From the IMG/VR virus record IMGVR_UViG_2671180847_000001, positions 1 to 7,473 of that record: DNA of 7,473 nucleotides; one strand, 5' to 3'. Position 1 is the stretch's first letter. The number at the start of each line of letters is the position of its first letter. The DNA comes from a virus. Its lineage: Monodnaviria; Loebvirae; Hofneiviricota; Faserviricetes; Tubulavirales; Inoviridae. A program made the translations under genes and the position numbers. Shown in pieces: positions 4,816-7,473 of the stretch. The notes beneath the pieces were generated by a model. That model was not told where the DNA came from. It saw only the letters and a program-made list of their open reading frames with translations, and ran no database searches.

Positions 4816-6114
4816 ATGGGGGCTTTTATGTGCGTGGGCCGTAATCAAGGGTTTGGATGGCTGATTATCTTCTTACTGTTATTTTCATCATATGCGCATA
4901 GTTTTTTACCTCTTCTGGCGAGAAGTGCCATAGGAGGGGTTGTTGGTCGTGTTATAGCTTCCCGAGCAGCTGCTGTTGCTGCCAATGATGCTGTTTATTT
5001 AACTGTAGTAAGTAATACATCCCGTTCCTTAGCTACATCAGCTGCATCAAAAGCTTCATCGATTGTTTCCAGTGGCTTTTTCAAGACAACCTCTAATGTT
5101 CTTACATGGGGAGGCATAGGTTATACCATGGGAACTATAGGTCATGATGATTTGGTTCCTGATGGCGTTAGCGTTGATGAACAGGGAAATTATTTTATTA
5201 AAGGTAATGGCGGAGGTTCTGTTATTGTAGTTGATAAACCATCAAATGATTATCCTTATTATATTATGTATGGCGGAAAATATTATTATGGATTTAGTAA
5301 GAAAGCTGTTGCTCAAAATGTTTTTTCATTAATGTCTTCATCAGGTGAAATTAGATGTGGCTTCGGATGGGAGTGTACTGTAACTAAGATCCTTTCTGTT
5401 ACTGAAGGTGGCCTTGGGGGAATTAATATTAATTTCGAAGCTATTCGTAAATCTGATGGTTCTACAATTAGTGATACAGAAACTTTCCATGTTAGTGTTA
5501 ACGGAGAATATCATGGCGTTATCCCGGAAGAGGGCATTGAAGATGAAAAGGATCCTGTAAAGGTAGGGCAATACATTTCTGATAAATTATCAGAGTTAAA
5601 ACTTGATTTGGATACATTGGCAAAAACAATTAATGCTGTCTGGATGGATGCTGCATCAAAGCCTGATTATCAGGGGGTGCCATTTTCCTCGTCAAACCCT
5701 GTTACTGTTGATGAAATAAAATCCGTTGCTCCTGATGTGGTTAATTTAAAACAGCAAGAGTGGATTAAACCCGCACAGGTTAATGCTAATTCACCTGTTG
5801 AAATTACTGTGAAAGGAACTTCAGATATTCATGTGGATTTAGGTGACGATCCGAAAGTAACAGCTCCTGATTTAGCTGAACCGCCAACAGGAGAAACAAT
5901 ATTAAAGCCGATTGTGAATCTTTTGCCATTTGTCAAAAACATGAGTATACCCGTCAGGGATGCACAATGCCCTGTATGGAGCTTTCACGTTTGGGATAAA
6001 GATTATCATATAGATACTCATTGTATTCTTATTGAAAAAATTGCCCCACTATTAAAAACATTCTCCTTGTTGTTGTGGGGGATATTATCATTACGTATTA
6101 TTCTGACGGCATAA
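4816..6114 (+). CDS. Putative adsorption/minor coat protein (pIII-like)
   Basis: Large ORF after the major coat gene with an N-terminal signal-like hydrophobic segment (GFGWLIIFLLLFSSYAHS), a short Gly-rich stretch (KGNGGGS), several Cys, and a C-terminal hydrophobic anchor (IAPLLKTFSLLLWGILSLRIILTA). Start ambiguous (TTG 4807, ATG 4816, ATG 4828 with a G-run upstream). Confidence 0.65.
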   Translation: MGAFMCVGRNQGFGWLIIFLLLFSSYAHSFLPLLARSAIGGVVGRVIASRAAAVAANDAVYLTVVSNTSRSLATSAASKASSIVSSGFFKTTSNVLTWGGIGYTMGTIGHDDLVPDGVSVDEQGNYFIKGNGGGSVIVVDKPSNDYPYYIMYGGKYYYGFSKKAVAQNVFSLMSSSGEIRCGFGWECTVTKILSVTEGGLGGININFEAIRKSDGSTISDTETFHVSVNGEYHGVIPEEGIEDEKDPVKVGQYISDKLSELKLDLDTLAKTINAVWMDAASKPDYQGVPFSSSNPVTVDEIKSVAPDVVNLKQQEWIKPAQVNANSPVEITVKGTSDIHVDLGDDPKVTAPDLAEPPTGETILKPIVNLLPFVKNMSIPVRDAQCPVWSFHVWDKDYHIDTHCILIEKIAPLLKTFSLLLWGILSLRIILTA

Positions 6115-6124
6115 GGTGATTTCT

Positions 6125-6412
6125 ATGTTCGGCATTTTAGTTTCAGCATTTAATACTGTTCTTGGTTTTTTATTACGCACCGCTGTTATTAAATTTATTA
6201 TTTTTTTCTCCCTTTATTTTATTGTGCAAGCATTTATTCCTGTCTTAAATGCATTGCTGCCAACAAACATTGACTTTATATCAATGTTTAATTCATTGCC
6301 TGATAGTGCATGGTATTTTATAAATATATTTGCTGTTACTGATGGTATTAAAATTATGCTTAGTGCGTATTTAACTCGATTTATTATCCGAAGAATTCCG
6401 GTTATTGGTTGA
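6125..6412 (+). CDS. Putative minor coat protein (pVI-like), hydrophobic
   Basis: 95-aa strongly hydrophobic ORF immediately after the pIII-like gene. Shine-Dalgarno AAGGTGA (6113-6119) 5 nt upstream of ATG 6125; the ORF track begins at GTG 6116. Position and size match gene VI. Confidence 0.65.
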   Translation: MFGILVSAFNTVLGFLLRTAVIKFIIFFSLYFIVQAFIPVLNALLPTNIDFISMFNSLPDSAWYFINIFAVTDGIKIMLSAYLTRFIIRRIPVIG

Positions 6413-6423
6413 TTAGGTGATTT

Positions 6424-7473
6424 ATGGCTATTTCTGCATATGTTGGTATTCCGGGAAGTGGTAAATCTTACGAAGTTGTGTCCAGTGTTATTATTCCTGC
6501 ATGTATGTCTGGACGTAGGGTAATCAGCAATATTTATGGCTTGTCTGCTGAAGGTATTTATGATTTTTGCATAAGGACTAAAAAGGCATCCGGTAATAGC
6601 TTAGGTGAAATTATCCTTGTTTCAAATGACGATGTTAAAAATGAAAAATTTTTCCCTTATAAAACAGATGATGGTATTTCTGAGGACTCTTTTTGTAAAG
6701 CAGGCGATTTAATTTGTATCGATGAATCGTGGCGTATATGGGAAAATGATAAAGCTATCCCGGCAAATCATCGCTCTTTTATTGCGGAGCATCGTCATTT
6801 CGCTAGTGAACTTACAGGGATAACCTGTGATTTAGTGGTCATGAATCAGTCTGTTGCAAATTTGCCGCGTTTTATAAAAGACAGAATAGAAACGACTTAC
6901 AGAATGACGAAACTCGTTTCTCTCGGGCTACGTAATCGGTATCGGGTTGATGTTTTTACCGGAATTAAATTATTTAAATCGAATTTAACTGTTAGTTATC
7001 AGTGTAAATATGATAAAGCCATATTCCCCTTGTACAAGTCACATGAGAACGGGCAGGGGAAAGAACTTGTGGTTGATACCCGCCAGAATATCTTCAAGTC
7101 ACCAAAACTGTGGTTTCTGGTATTGTTTCTTTTTATCTTAACCTTTTGTTCATTATATTATTTGTATTGGTTTTTCAACACAAGCATGGGAACGACTGAA
7201 AAAACAGAAAGCGAATCAACTCAGTCGCCATTAATGGTTTCAGATATGAAAGGAACTGCCCAGGCTTATTCCCCGAAGAATCAACCAGATTTATCTTCAG
7301 AATGGCGTATTGCTGGTCGCTTTTCCAAAGATGGTAAGAGCTGGATTATTCTTGCAGATAGTTCAGGAAGATTACGTATTGAGCCATCTTCACAGTTTAA
7401 TTTTGATGGTCTGATGGTTACCGGAGAACTGGACGGACAGCGAGTAACAATTTATTCAGGGGTGTTAAAATGA
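6424..7473 (+). CDS. Phage assembly ATPase pI (Zot-family, P-loop NTPase)
   Basis: 349 aa. Walker A GIPGSGKS (residues 8-15), Walker-B-like LICIDESWRIW, a single transmembrane segment (LWFLVLFLFILTFCSLYYLYWFF) and a periplasmic-type C-terminal domain. Shine-Dalgarno AGGTGA 3 nt upstream. Motif pattern parallels CTXphi Zot and M13 pI as I recall them. Stop codon is the last 3 nt of the window. Confidence 0.9.
   Translation: MAISAYVGIPGSGKSYEVVSSVIIPACMSGRRVISNIYGLSAEGIYDFCIRTKKASGNSLGEIILVSNDDVKNEKFFPYKTDDGISEDSFCKAGDLICIDESWRIWENDKAIPANHRSFIAEHRHFASELTGITCDLVVMNQSVANLPRFIKDRIETTYRMTKLVSLGLRNRYRVDVFTGIKLFKSNLTVSYQCKYDKAIFPLYKSHENGQGKELVVDTRQNIFKSPKLWFLVLFLFILTFCSLYYLYWFFNTSMGTTEKTESESTQSPLMVSDMKGTAQAYSPKNQPDLSSEWRIAGRFSKDGKSWIILADSSGRLRIEPSSQFNFDGLMVTGELDGQRVTIYSGVLK

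Larger units (their letters stand above)
1677..7473 (+). mobile_element. Integrated filamentous (Inovirus-type) prophage, left end and core module; truncated at window end
   Basis: Canonical filamentous-phage gene order rep - ssDNA-binding - small hydrophobic - major coat - pIII - pVI - pI on the plus strand, a divergent regulator, and a dif-like junction at the position expected for chromosomal dif next to hipA. Left boundary is approximate (strand exchange is expected at the XerC-arm/central-region border). Right end and any secretin gene lie outside the window. Confidence 0.85.

Noticed and set aside
4781-4864. 27-codon ORF (MNEYVFYFICFLWGLLCAWAVIKGLDG) overlapping the pIII start region
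   Set aside because: Overlaps the probable pIII signal-peptide coding region in another frame with no ribosome-binding site; most likely a chance ORF, though a small hydrophobic peptide cannot be fully excluded.
5341-5571. 76-aa minus-strand ORF
   Set aside because: Antisense inside the pIII-like gene; no supporting signals.
6424-7473. Zonula occludens toxin (enterotoxin) call
   Set aside because: The Zot family is primarily the pI morphogenesis ATPase of filamentous phages; nothing in the sequence supports a toxin role, so a toxin annotation would be an over-call.

Overview
The window opens with the chromosomal hipB-hipA toxin-antitoxin operon (E. coli type, 1-1589). Seventy-six nt after the hipA stop, where a chromosomal dif site would be expected, there is a hybrid dif-like sequence embedded in a ~100-bp imperfect inverted repeat. 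I interpret this as the left junction of an integrated filamentous (Inovirus-type) prophage that runs to the window end and is truncated there. The prophage has two parts. On the minus strand, next to the junction, lie a small ribbon-helix-helix-like regulator and a translationally coupled, visibly AT-rich pair of unrecognised genes (a 136-aa acidic soluble protein and a 68-aa two-helix membrane protein). On the plus strand is the canonical filamentous-phage module: replication initiator (pII-like), ssDNA-binding protein (pV-like), a small hydrophobic protein, major coat protein (pVIII-like), adsorption protein (pIII-like), pVI-like protein and the pI/Zot-like assembly ATPase. I see no rRNA, tRNA or CRISPR array. 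hipBA and the pI and pVIII calls rest on directly readable protein features; the rep, pV, pIII and pVI calls rest mainly on gene order and size; the cargo pair is a hypothesis-level call. All similarity statements come from reading the translations, not from any database search.
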